Below are positions 39,335 to 48,190 of a stretch of DNA of 64,000 bases, in pieces. How positions within the stretch are numbered: the stretch's first letter is position 1; every line of letters starts with the position of its first letter. This DNA is from Alphaproteobacteria bacterium. GTDB lineage: Bacteria; Pseudomonadota; Alphaproteobacteria; Paracaedibacterales; VGCI01. The DNA is taken from contig VGCI01000008.1 in the NCBI GenBank assembly GCA_016870095.1, positions 6,307-70,306 on the forward strand, written 5' to 3'. A program made the position numbers and the translations under genes. The notes below the pieces were generated by a model that worked only from the letters and a program-made list of their open reading frames with translations, did no database searches and had not been told where the DNA came from.

Positions 39335-40678
39335 TTATTTTGGCTGGTAGTCTGGATGCGTTTCCCGCACAAACCGCATAACAACCCATGCAATCAATAA
39401 GCTAATCGGAATAGCACACATGGCGTATTGATAGGCTTCAGCACTATATAAGCGAATACCATCTGCACCAACCTGACCGTCCTCAAACTGATGAATCAAA
39501 TGTCCAAGAAGAATTTGGAAAACGGGCGCACTGGCCATTGTTAAACAATTCATGAAACCAATGGTTGTACCACTAAATTCAGGCGGATTGATTTCCTTTG
39601 CAGCTGCAAAGTTCAAAATTTGCCACCCACAAAAGAATCCCGCACCAAACAAAAGAGCAAATATACCATAAAGAGGCAGATTTGTTAGGTAAATTGCCGG
39701 CATAAACATCGCCAAGGACCCTAAAGCTCCTATTGACATAACTTTTTTATGGCTACGCCAACGATTTGCTAGAAAGGGACCAACCAAACATCCCAAAGCC
39801 ATCCCCAAAAGTACAAGCGTACTGCCATAAGATGCCGTTTCATTGTTGATTTCATAAGTTACCATTAGGTAAGGCGTTCCCCACATTTCAGCAAACGCAG
39901 ACAAAACAGTGTACATTAAAGAGGCGTAAAGACCAATCAGCCACGTTTGAGTGCTAGAAGTAATGATCTTTAAACCCTCCCATAAGTGAGTTTTGGTCAT
40001 CGGGGCATGTTGCGCCTTCTTTTCTATACCGCCCTTGGGATGCTCTCGAATAATAGCCCATGCAGCTGCAGCAACAGCAATACCAGCAGCACCCGCAATC
40101 ATCATTGCTGTACGCCAATTTGTGCTATTCACTAACATAGCAAAGGGTTTACCCCCTATAATGCCCCCAAAAGTCCCCATCAACATGGTAATTCCAGCTA
40201 TGACAGCAAAACGTTGAGCAGGGAACCATTCTGATGCAATCTTCAAACAACTTAGGTAGGCGCAAGCTGAACCGACACCCATAAATATTCGTGCAAGGGA
40301 CGCTAAAACGACGCTCTCGCTACCGGCAAACATAAAGCTACCTATCGTACATAGAATTGCAGAAATTGTAACAACACGACGGGTACCTAACCAATCAGCG
40401 ATCATCCCACAAGGAACTTGTAAGGGAACATATGAAAAATAATAGGCTGACGTAAAAATACCCAACGCCGTTGAGGTGACACCAAAATCTCTCATCAGCT
40501 CATTTGTCATGACGCCAGGGGACGCGCGCAGCACATATTCGTAGAGATAAAACAGGGCAGCCGCCGACCAAATTATCCATGCATACGTTGCCGGTGAAGC
40601 TTTTAAGGGAGAAGAAGGGATTTCCATATTAGGTGAATATTGATCAGCAATAGTATCCGTGGCAAGTTTCACGTTCAT
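39335..40678 (-). CDS. MFS transporter (12 TM helices)
   Basis: 447 aa. The MFS signature loop 'GMIADWLGTRRV' lies between TM2 and TM3. It is colinear with the adjacent broken paralog. Confidence 0.85.
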   Translation of the reverse strand: MNVKLATDTIADQYSPNMEIPSSPLKASPATYAWIIWSAAALFYLYEYVLRASPGVMTNELMRDFGVTSTALGIFTSAYYFSYVPLQVPCGMIADWLGTRRVVTISAILCTIGSFMFAGSESVVLASLARIFMGVGSACAYLSCLKIASEWFPAQRFAVIAGITMLMGTFGGIIGGKPFAMLVNSTNWRTAMMIAGAAGIAVAAAAWAIIREHPKGGIEKKAQHAPMTKTHLWEGLKIITSSTQTWLIGLYASLMYTVLSAFAEMWGTPYLMVTYEINNETASYGSTLVLLGMALGCLVGPFLANRWRSHKKVMSIGALGSLAMFMPAIYLTNLPLYGIFALLFGAGFFCGWQILNFAAAKEINPPEFSGTTIGFMNCLTMASAPVFQILLGHLIHQFEDGQVGADGIRLYSAEAYQYAMCAIPISLLIAWVVMRFVRETHPDYQPK

Positions 40679-41009
40679 TCCTTTCCAAGTCCAATTGAGA
40701 TTTTATTTTCTATCAGAGTATTGATAAAAACAAAAGGGCGTATGGGCCTTGGCAATGTATCAATCATCTCTAACTCTTAATTTGATACCTTTTACTTAAT
40801 GACTCTAACAAAAAATTACAAGAGTGTTTAGCAAAAAATTCCAACATAAAAAGAAATATTATTGCTTTAAAGACCTTAAATACGTAATTCTATTGAAAAA
40901 AGCACTTTTTGGTAGCTTTCCCCTGTATGGCTATAGCCCTTAAATATCCTAAGAAAACTTCAAGTTGCCTGATGAGATCCGCCATCATGATCTTTTCTCA
41001 CTTTACAAA

Positions 41010-41045
41010 GAATTCTCACTACACTACGAATTCTCACTACACTAC
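41010..41045. repeat. perfect 18-bp tandem direct repeat, two copies (GAATTCTCACTACACTAC)
   Basis: Copies at 41010-41027 and 41028-41045 are identical. A degenerate partial copy (TTCTCACTTTACAAA) lies just upstream, at about 40995-41009. The location is intergenic, upstream of the HIG1/pduO/etf cluster. Confidence 0.9.
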
Positions 41046-41134
41046 GGCAAACTATAATTATGAAAGACTAAATTTGTTGTCCCCCCCAAACATTTTTGGA
41101 TATTGTATTAAGAAATATATGATATGGTAATTTT

Positions 41135-41332
41135 ATGACACGTACGTTTCTCTTCACGGCTCTCTTGATTACCCTCGCCTCTACAGTTGGGGCTCTTGGA
41201 TTTGGATTGTTTGCTCTTTACAAGGGGGGGGAATTTAATGAAAAGTATGGAAACGGTGCCATGCGCTGGCGCATCACCTTTCAAGCTCTATCTATTATTT
41301 TATTCACTTTGTTAATATTAGTAGGAAAGTAA
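41135..41332 (+). CDS. twin-transmembrane-helix small protein (HIG1 domain)
   Basis: 65 aa with two TM helices flanking 'NGAMRWRITFQA', the conserved HIG1 motif. Confidence 0.8.
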   Translation: MTRTFLFTALLITLASTVGALGFGLFALYKGGEFNEKYGNGAMRWRITFQALSIILFTLLILVGK

Positions 41333-41334
41333 GT

Positions 41335-41895
41335 ATGGTCCAGCTCACGCGCATATATACTCGAGGGGGAGATAAGGGAAAAACATCGCTTGGCTCCGGA
41401 AAACGAGTATCAAAGTCAGATGTTCGCATTCATGCTATTGGGGAAGTCGACGAAGCCAATGCAGCAGTTGGCTGGGCACGACAATATAGCCCGACTCATC
41501 TAGATTCTTTGTTATCCCGCATTCAGAACGATCTGTTTGATTTAGGGGCTGATTTATGTATTCCTGACGAATCTCCAACAGCTTTGCGTATTGTTGCCTC
41601 TCAAGTTGATTTCCTTGAAAAAAAAATTGATGAACTCAATGCCTCATTAGAACCCCTCATGTCTTTCATCCTTCCCGGAGGCTCTAAAGCCAGTGCTGCC
41701 CTACACTTGGCCAGAACAATTATCCGGCGAGCAGAACGGTCACTTATCCAGTTAGATCAGACTCACCCCCTAAATCCAGAAGCTATTAAGTATTTAAACA
41801 GACTTTCTGATTTATTATTTGTCTTATGTCGTCATGTTAACGACAATGGCAAAAATGATGTTTTATGGATTCCTGGTAAATCCAGAACGGAATAA
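41335..41895 (+). CDS. ATP:cob(I)alamin adenosyltransferase, PduO type
   Basis: 186 aa. 'IYTRGGDKGKTSL' N-terminus, 'QNDLFDLGADL' and 'FILPGG'. Confidence 0.9.
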   Translation: MVQLTRIYTRGGDKGKTSLGSGKRVSKSDVRIHAIGEVDEANAAVGWARQYSPTHLDSLLSRIQNDLFDLGADLCIPDESPTALRIVASQVDFLEKKIDELNASLEPLMSFILPGGSKASAALHLARTIIRRAERSLIQLDQTHPLNPEAIKYLNRLSDLLFVLCRHVNDNGKNDVLWIPGKSRTE

Positions 41896-41915
41896 ACATG
41901 AGGAGTGGTGATCAA

Positions 41916-42656
41916 ATGAAAATTTTGGTCGGTATCAAACGAGTGGTTGACTATAATGTCAAGATACGCCTTAAAGCTGATAAGTCGGGTGTTGATACCA
42001 GTGCCGCAAAAATGTCCATTAATCCTTTTGATGAGATTGCCATTGAAGAAGCCATTCGTTTAAAAGAACAAGGGATTGCAACTGAAATCATCCTGGTCTC
42101 GGTGGGACCCCAAATGACTCAAGAAACAATCCGTCACGGTTTGGCCTTAGGTGCTGACCGAGGAATTCACGTGAATACGGATGAATCTCCTGAACCTTTG
42201 ACGATTGCTAAAATCTTGAAAGCTGTGAGCGAAATTGAAAGGCCCCAGCTTATTCTTTTGGGTAAACAAGCCATTGATAATGATTGTAATCAAGTGGCAC
42301 AAATGATGAGTGCACTCCTGGGTTGGCCGCAAAGCACCTTTGTTTCAAAACTTAAAATTGCAAATAATCATTGTCAAACAACCCGAGAAGTCGACGGGGG
42401 GCTTGAAACGTTATCTCTTCCCTTACCCGCTGTTGTAAGTGTCGATTTACGTCTCAATACACCTCGGTATGCAACATTACCCAATATTATGAAGGCAAAG
42501 CAAAAACCCATTCACGTATTGACTCTTGCAGATCTCAACGTGGAAGCCAAATCGCATACGAAGATCTTAAACGTATCCGAGCCACCACCCCGCAAAAGTG
42601 GCGTCAAAGTGGCCTCGGTTCAAGAGTTAATATCGATAATTGAGAAAGGAATGTAA
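41916..42656 (+). CDS. etfB: electron transfer flavoprotein subunit beta
   Basis: Starts at 'MKILVGIKRVVDY' after RBS GAGGAG. 'INPFDEIAIEEA' and 'LLGKQAIDNDCNQV' are EtfB motifs. Confidence 0.95.
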   Translation: MKILVGIKRVVDYNVKIRLKADKSGVDTSAAKMSINPFDEIAIEEAIRLKEQGIATEIILVSVGPQMTQETIRHGLALGADRGIHVNTDESPEPLTIAKILKAVSEIERPQLILLGKQAIDNDCNQVAQMMSALLGWPQSTFVSKLKIANNHCQTTREVDGGLETLSLPLPAVVSVDLRLNTPRYATLPNIMKAKQKPIHVLTLADLNVEAKSHTKILNVSEPPPRKSGVKVASVQELISIIEKGM

Positions 42657-43600
42657 TGAAAGTTCTTATTCTCGCAGAACATGACGAACAAACGTTAAAA
42701 CCATCAACCTTAAACTCTATTACGGCCGGGCTTGCGCTCGCACAGGAAGTTACAGTCCTCGTTGCCGGGTCTGATACGCAAAATGTATGTAGTATCGTTG
42801 CTAAAATTGAGGGCGTAACACAAATATTAAAGGCAGATGCACCCGAATTGGCTCATCACCTCGCTGAGCCTATGGGCCAATTACTCGTATCCTTAGCCCC
42901 CAGTTTTACTCATATTTTAGCCCCAGCCACAACTTTTGGTAAAAATATTATGCCCCGTGTCGCCGCCCTTTTAGATGTGATGCAGATTTCCGATTTAACC
43001 AAAATCATTTCTGCGGATACGTTTGAGCGGCCTATTTATGCTGGCAATGCCATTGAAACCATACAAAGCTTAGACGCTATAAAGATTCTCACCATTCGGC
43101 CGACGGCCTTCTCAACAGCTCCTGAAGGAAAAGAGACATGCCCGATCGATAGTGTTTTACTGCCTACTTTTACATCCCTTTCTCAATTTATCGGCCTTGA
43201 ATCAACGCCCTCTGTGCGCCCAGAATTGACCAGCGCAACCGTCGTGGTCTCTGGGGGCCGTGGCTTACAATCTAAGGAAAAATTTCATCTCATTGAAGAT
43301 CTTGCTGATTGTCTGAAAGGAGCTGTGGGGGCATCCCGAGCTGCCGTCGACGCTGGCTTTGTTCCTAATGACTATCAAGTCGGCCAAACAGGTAAGGTTG
43401 TCGCTCCTCAGCTTTATATTGCTATTGGCATTTCAGGAGCCATTCAACATATTGCCGGCATGAAAGATAGCAAAGTCATTATTGCCATTAATAAGGATCC
43501 CGACGCCCCCATCTTTCAAGTTGCCGACTATGGTCTTGTTGGGGATTTATTTGAAATTGTCCCGCAGTTAACGGCGGCGTTAAAGGAGCTACATCCATGA
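42656..43600 (+). CDS. etfA: electron transfer flavoprotein subunit alpha
   Basis: 314 aa. C-terminal FAD-binding 'SRAAVDAGFVPNDYQVGQTGKVVAPQLYIAIGISGAIQH'. Confidence 0.95.
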   Translation: MKVLILAEHDEQTLKPSTLNSITAGLALAQEVTVLVAGSDTQNVCSIVAKIEGVTQILKADAPELAHHLAEPMGQLLVSLAPSFTHILAPATTFGKNIMPRVAALLDVMQISDLTKIISADTFERPIYAGNAIETIQSLDAIKILTIRPTAFSTAPEGKETCPIDSVLLPTFTSLSQFIGLESTPSVRPELTSATVVVSGGRGLQSKEKFHLIEDLADCLKGAVGASRAAVDAGFVPNDYQVGQTGKVVAPQLYIAIGISGAIQHIAGMKDSKVIIAINKDPDAPIFQVADYGLVGDLFEIVPQLTAALKELHP

Positions 43601-44448
43601 TCAAAACCCTTGCCATTATAGGAGCAGGGCAAATGGGGGCGGGTATTGCACATATTTGTGCCGTTGCTCGCTATACAGTTTACCTTATCGACACCTCCCA
43701 AAACCAACTTGATAAGGCTTTTTCTACCATTAAAAAAAATTTGGAACGTCAAGTTACGAAAGGAACGCTTACCCCAGAGCTCCATTCTGAAGCCCTCAAA
43801 AATCTCCATTTGTCTTTAACAATTGACAAACATGCCTCTATTGATCTTGTAATTGAAGCTGTAGCCGAAAATCTAGAATTGAAATCAAGAATTTTTAAAG
43901 AGCTCGATCACTCCCTTCCCGCCCCGACCCTACTTGCCAGTAATACGTCCTCCTTATCGATTACACAAATAGCAAGTGCGACAATGCGTCCCGACCGCGT
44001 CATTGGTATGCATTTTATGAACCCTCCCCCCCTCATGCCCCTTGTTGAAGTTATTCGGGGGGAAGATACATCTGATGCAACTTACAGCGCAATTCATGCT
44101 ATGATTCTTCATTTGGGAAAAACGCCGGTAACATCGCAAGATGCCCCTGGTTTTATTGTCAATCGCATTTTAATGCCCATGATTAACGAGGCGATTTATG
44201 CACTTCACGAAGGAATTGCTTCCCCAGAAGATATCGATACGGCCATGAAGCTAGGCACTCATCAACCCATGGGTCCTTTAGCCCTTGCAGATTTTATTGG
44301 ACTTGATACCTGTTTATCCATTATGCAAGTGTTACACCAAGGATTTCAGGATGATAAATATCGCCCCTGCCCGTTGCTCGTAAAATATGTTAATGCTGGA
44401 CGACTCGGTAAAAAAACAGGGCACGGCTTTTTTGAATATCCCGCATAG
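43597..44448 (+). CDS. 3-hydroxybutyryl-CoA / 3-hydroxyacyl-CoA dehydrogenase
   Basis: 283 aa. 'IGAGQMGAGIA' Rossmann motif, 'NTSSLSIT', 'GMHFMNPP' and 'PGFIVNRIL'. Confidence 0.9.
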   Translation: MIKTLAIIGAGQMGAGIAHICAVARYTVYLIDTSQNQLDKAFSTIKKNLERQVTKGTLTPELHSEALKNLHLSLTIDKHASIDLVIEAVAENLELKSRIFKELDHSLPAPTLLASNTSSLSITQIASATMRPDRVIGMHFMNPPPLMPLVEVIRGEDTSDATYSAIHAMILHLGKTPVTSQDAPGFIVNRILMPMINEAIYALHEGIASPEDIDTAMKLGTHQPMGPLALADFIGLDTCLSIMQVLHQGFQDDKYRPCPLLVKYVNAGRLGKKTGHGFFEYPA

Positions 44449-44462
44449 CAAGTGAGACAGAG

Positions 44463-44729
44463 ATGACAAATTTTGAAGAAAAATCAACCCTAGATGCCTT
44501 ATCTGACATTAAAGACATGACCTTTGAAAAAGCGATGGGAGAATTAGAATCTTTAGTCCGTCGATTAGAAGAAGGACGCTTAAGCTTAGAAGATGCCATC
44601 AGCTCTTATGAGCGAGGCACGGCATTGCGAACCCATTGTGAAGCCAAACTGCGTGCCGCAAAACTGAAAGTCGAACAAGTTTTAAGTCATCAAGAATCGG
44701 GACAAAGTGAATCTGAACACCGCAAATAA
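44463..44729 (+). CDS. xseB: exodeoxyribonuclease VII small subunit
   Basis: 88 aa. 'FEKAMGELESLVRRLEEGRLSLEDAISSYERG'. Confidence 0.9.
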   Translation: MTNFEEKSTLDALSDIKDMTFEKAMGELESLVRRLEEGRLSLEDAISSYERGTALRTHCEAKLRAAKLKVEQVLSHQESGQSESEHRK

Positions 44730-45615
44730 AGACGAATTTGTCATGAATGAGCCCCTATCTGCTTTATTTGAAGAAGCCAAACAAGCAATTGAGCCTATTC
44801 TCCAGACATATCTTTCAAACCCAGCAATCCCTCAGCCCTTATTGAATGCCATGATTGGAAGTGTCAAAAATGGGGGAAAACGATTACGTCCCATGCTCAC
44901 TTTGGCATGTGCCAACCTATTCCCTGTTCCCAAGACTCAAGCGGCACGGGTTGGTGCTACCATCGAAATGGTTCATTGTTATTCCCTTATCCATGATGAT
45001 CTGCCCGCTATGGATAATGCAGATTTACGACGCGGTCATCCTACGTGCTGGCGAGAATTCGGTGAAGCCACGGCTATTTTAGCCGGTGACTCTCTCCTAC
45101 CCCTTGCTTTTGAGATTTTAACCAACGAGGCCACCCATCCATCTGCTGAGGTGCGTCTATCGCTCATACAATCTCTTGCGCAAGCATCAGGTGCTGCTGG
45201 TATGGCTGGGGGTCAAATGCTAGATCTATCTCCTCATCTTATTGATTCTGCAGAAACATCTATCACCATGCAAAACCTTAAAACAGGCTGCCTCATTGCC
45301 TTTGCATGTGAATCTGCCGCCATGTTGGCACAAGCGCCTAGTCATGATCGGGAAACCTTACGGCAATTTGGTTTCCTTTTGGGCTTGGCTTACCAAATTC
45401 AAGATGATTTGCTGGATATTGAAGGTTCACAAACAGCGCTAGGTAAGCCCGTCGGTGCAGATGGGGATAAACGCTCGCTTGTTACCATTCTTGGACTTAA
45501 AGAAAGTAAAGCTTATTTAGAAACCCTTGAGGACCAACTATTGGAATTAATTCATCCCTTCTCCCAGCCCCTATTTACAGACATCATAACCTGGACCACG
45601 ACGCGTCAAAATTAA
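44707..45615 (+). CDS. ispA: farnesyl diphosphate synthase (polyprenyl synthetase family)
   Basis: 'GGKRLRP', first DDxxD 'LIHDDLPAMDNADLRRG' and second 'QIQDDLLD'. The start is either the GTG at 44707, which overlaps xseB, or the ATG at 44743. Confidence 0.9.
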   Translation: MNLNTANKDEFVMNEPLSALFEEAKQAIEPILQTYLSNPAIPQPLLNAMIGSVKNGGKRLRPMLTLACANLFPVPKTQAARVGATIEMVHCYSLIHDDLPAMDNADLRRGHPTCWREFGEATAILAGDSLLPLAFEILTNEATHPSAEVRLSLIQSLAQASGAAGMAGGQMLDLSPHLIDSAETSITMQNLKTGCLIAFACESAAMLAQAPSHDRETLRQFGFLLGLAYQIQDDLLDIEGSQTALGKPVGADGDKRSLVTILGLKESKAYLETLEDQLLELIHPFSQPLFTDIITWTTTRQN

Positions 45616-45703
45616 TCTTCGATAGTCACTGAGATAAATTTATTATAATCGTTAGGCTCCTATTTATATTAATTCACCTTCCTATTCTAAGATTATAGGT
45701 AGC

Positions 45704-45730
45704 AAAAAAAAGGAGGGGTATAACCCCTCC
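45704..45730 (-). terminator. Rho-independent terminator downstream of the coiled-coil gene (may also serve ispA)
   Basis: Stem GGAGGGG/CCCCTCC (45712-45718 with 45724-45730). An 8-nt A-run precedes it on the plus strand, giving a T-run on the minus strand. Confidence 0.65.
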
Positions 45731-45806
45731 CTTTCATTTCTTATAATAATCGCCCTAAAACTAAGTTAATAGCTTATCTTAGTTGGAACGTAAACTAACG
45801 TGATAT

Positions 45807-47609
45807 TTATTTTTTACCACCACGCTTCTTACCACCTCGGCCGCCATTACCATTTCCAGCCTGATTAGATTTTTTAGAACTGTTCGCTCCCTGAGTTATC
45901 GTTGTTGCAGCACCATCATCATCTGAATCATTCCCTAGGATAGGAGATCTGCTTGAAGCAGATGCAACTAGTTGGGAATTGTTTAAGGGGGTAGAATTTG
46001 AAAACGCTTCAGCTGTTTCAGATAGCAAATCCCTTAAAGTTTCGTTAACCATCATTGCAGCAAACAAAGGATTATCTGAAAGAGCATTTTGCACTTGTTC
46101 TAAAGTAAGTTTTTGATCACCTCCAAGGCCAAGCTTATTTTTTGCTAGCGATAAACAAACTTTACTAAATTCAACTAAAATCTCATTTTGCTCTTCGTCA
46201 CGTTCTGCAAGCTGTACACGATGAGACGACGCTGCTGCCTCCATAGCTGCATTATGCTCATTTTCGAGTCTAACTTGCTGTGCTTTTAACTCAGCTGCTT
46301 TGGTATTGGCAGCATCGGATAAATTATCTTTCAAGTCAGTATTTTTTTTCTCGGCTGTAGTTAATGCTCCTTGAAGAGTCTTAATATTAGCCTCGGCTTT
46401 ATTAAACTCCCCTTGTAATTTAGCTCTAGCTTCCTCAACTATCGTTAATCTGTCTTTCGCTTCAGTAACATATTGTCGGGCTTGATCTAAGTCCTTTTTA
46501 AGAGCTTCAATAACTTCTCCATCCGTCTTATTTTTTCCTTCAGCTTGAATTTTAGCGGCCTCAGCTTCGGCTTTTAAATGCTCAGCATCTGCAAGACGTA
46601 ACTTAGCAGCAACCAATTCGGTTTCAGCAACGCCCTTCAAACGGTCCGCTTCCGTGACTCGCTGATTCGCAGCTGTTAAATCAGCTTGAACTTGTGTCAG
46701 CTTTGCTAATGACTGCACTTTAGCATCTATTTCGCCCTTCAAATTTAATTTATCCGTGACTAATCTATCGTTTTCTTGGTTAAGTGTTTTTAAAAGTGCT
46801 TTTGAATCATCAAGTTCTTTATTCGATTTTTCTAATTCTGCCGTCAATTGTTGAATTTTTTCAGCATCAACTACCGAAGAACCTTTTGCAGCATTAGCTT
46901 CCAGAGTTGCGAGTTCATCTTTTTTAGCTTTTAATTCACTTTGAAGTCTTGTTACTTCTGCTTTTTGGGTATCATGTAGGCCTTGAACGATTACCAGTTG
47001 TTGGTCTTTATCGCCATTTTCTTTTTTTGCAGCAGTTAAGGCAGCTTGCACATGAAGTAATTCTTTTGAAAGATCGGTTATTTTGCCTTGAAACACCTTG
47101 CGGGATTTTTCTTCAGCAGCTTTAAACTGCTCTTCAAGAAGACGTAAACTTTGTTGATGATCAGACTTCGTTTTTGTTGTGCTTTTCGGAGGTGTACTTG
47201 TGGCCAATAGCCCCAATAAATTGTCGTCATCGTTATCATCTCCAAAATCACGGGAAGCATCTAATTTAGATGAAGATGAAGATGAAGAGGAAGAAGAGGT
47301 AGTTGTTGTTGCTGGAACTGTGGTTGTTGAACCTAATATGGGATCAGATAGTATAGCTGATGATTGCATAACAGTGCTTGGCACGGGTGTGGATGCAGAC
47401 ATTGTGGATAGGCCTAATCTTTGTGCTGCTTCTTGGGCCTTTCTCATTCTTGCTTCTTTGGCGGCTTTTAGAGGGCTCATTGTCGTCGTCGCAGTGAGCT
47501 TAGTACTAGCTGAATCAGTTAATGATTTGTCTTGCTTTTCAGCTGCTTGAATTGCATGAATGCCAATAAGGGAAGATAACAAAACTAAATTTAGTTTATT
47601 TATTTTCAT
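45807..47609 (-). CDS. hypothetical secreted long coiled-coil protein with poly-Ser/poly-Asp tracts and a basic G/R/K tail
   Basis: I moved the start to the ATG at 47609, giving the signal peptide 'MKINKLNLVLLSSLIGIHAIQA'. A run of 10 Ser is encoded at 47268-47297. About 350 aa have a heptad-like A/E/K/L/Q composition. The C-terminus is 'GNGNGGRGGKKRGGKK'. Confidence 0.7.
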   Translation of the reverse strand: MKINKLNLVLLSSLIGIHAIQAAEKQDKSLTDSASTKLTATTTMSPLKAAKEARMRKAQEAAQRLGLSTMSASTPVPSTVMQSSAILSDPILGSTTTVPATTTTSSSSSSSSSSKLDASRDFGDDNDDDNLLGLLATSTPPKSTTKTKSDHQQSLRLLEEQFKAAEEKSRKVFQGKITDLSKELLHVQAALTAAKKENGDKDQQLVIVQGLHDTQKAEVTRLQSELKAKKDELATLEANAAKGSSVVDAEKIQQLTAELEKSNKELDDSKALLKTLNQENDRLVTDKLNLKGEIDAKVQSLAKLTQVQADLTAANQRVTEADRLKGVAETELVAAKLRLADAEHLKAEAEAAKIQAEGKNKTDGEVIEALKKDLDQARQYVTEAKDRLTIVEEARAKLQGEFNKAEANIKTLQGALTTAEKKNTDLKDNLSDAANTKAAELKAQQVRLENEHNAAMEAAASSHRVQLAERDEEQNEILVEFSKVCLSLAKNKLGLGGDQKLTLEQVQNALSDNPLFAAMMVNETLRDLLSETAEAFSNSTPLNNSQLVASASSRSPILGNDSDDDGAATTITQGANSSKKSNQAGNGNGGRGGKKRGGKK

Positions 47610-48136
47610 GATATAAATCCTTTTATGTAAATACCTTAAAACCAACTTACCATAAGTTGAATTTTTTAAAGCCACAGCGTAAAACTGTTTGTTTCATTAT
47701 AATTTTACGCTATTATGCGTGAGAAAATGCACACGGCATGCCCTTTTCCTTTCTAAGTGTTTTACGGCGAGCTGTAAAGACTTTTCTTCAAAAAAAATTA
47801 AAAAAATGAATCAATTTATAGATTTTTTTATTAATAGAAATTTTACATTTTTACATTTAAATTCTGAGCTTTTGCCGATATAGATTTCGAGATATGCTAT
47901 GGCCTTTGATATCTGAAATTAACTCTTAAGAGATTGCTAACAAAAAAATATAATGAGAGGCATTAGAAGGACTTAAGTTTAAAATGTAAATAAAAAAGAT
48001 AACATTTACAAAATGTGATATGTTTAAAAATTATTTTTATAGTAAATTTTAAATGTGAAATAAATAAATTAGAAGATATTCTGAAATGACTGCAATGTAT
48101 ATCGAGCAATCTGAGCACAATCATTTAAAGATGATA

Positions 48137-48169
48137 TAAAAAATGCCAGCTAGTCTAAACTAGCTGGCA
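48137..48169 (-). terminator. Rho-independent terminator of the 613-aa gene
   Basis: 11-bp stem TGCCAGCTAGT/ACTAGCTGGCA (48144-48154 with 48159-48169), 4-nt loop. A 6-nt A-run on the plus strand gives a T-run on the minus strand. Confidence 0.75.
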
Positions 48170-48190
48170 TAAATTGTTAATTAGCTAAAA

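Noticed and set aside
40909-41130. 73-aa plus-strand ORF in the long intergenic region.
   Set aside because: It starts at a TTG with no RBS. Its 'NSHYTT NSHYTT' repeat is just the translation of the 18-bp DNA tandem repeat. I treated it as non-coding.
47179-47550. 123-aa plus-strand ORF with a poly-Glu/Asp run, plus the Ser-codon run at 47268-47297 considered as a trinucleotide contingency repeat.
   Set aside because: The ORF is the antisense of the coiled-coil gene, so its poly-E/D is simply the reverse complement of the poly-S/T codons. The Ser run uses mixed TCT/TCA/TCC codons, so it is not a perfect microsatellite prone to slippage.
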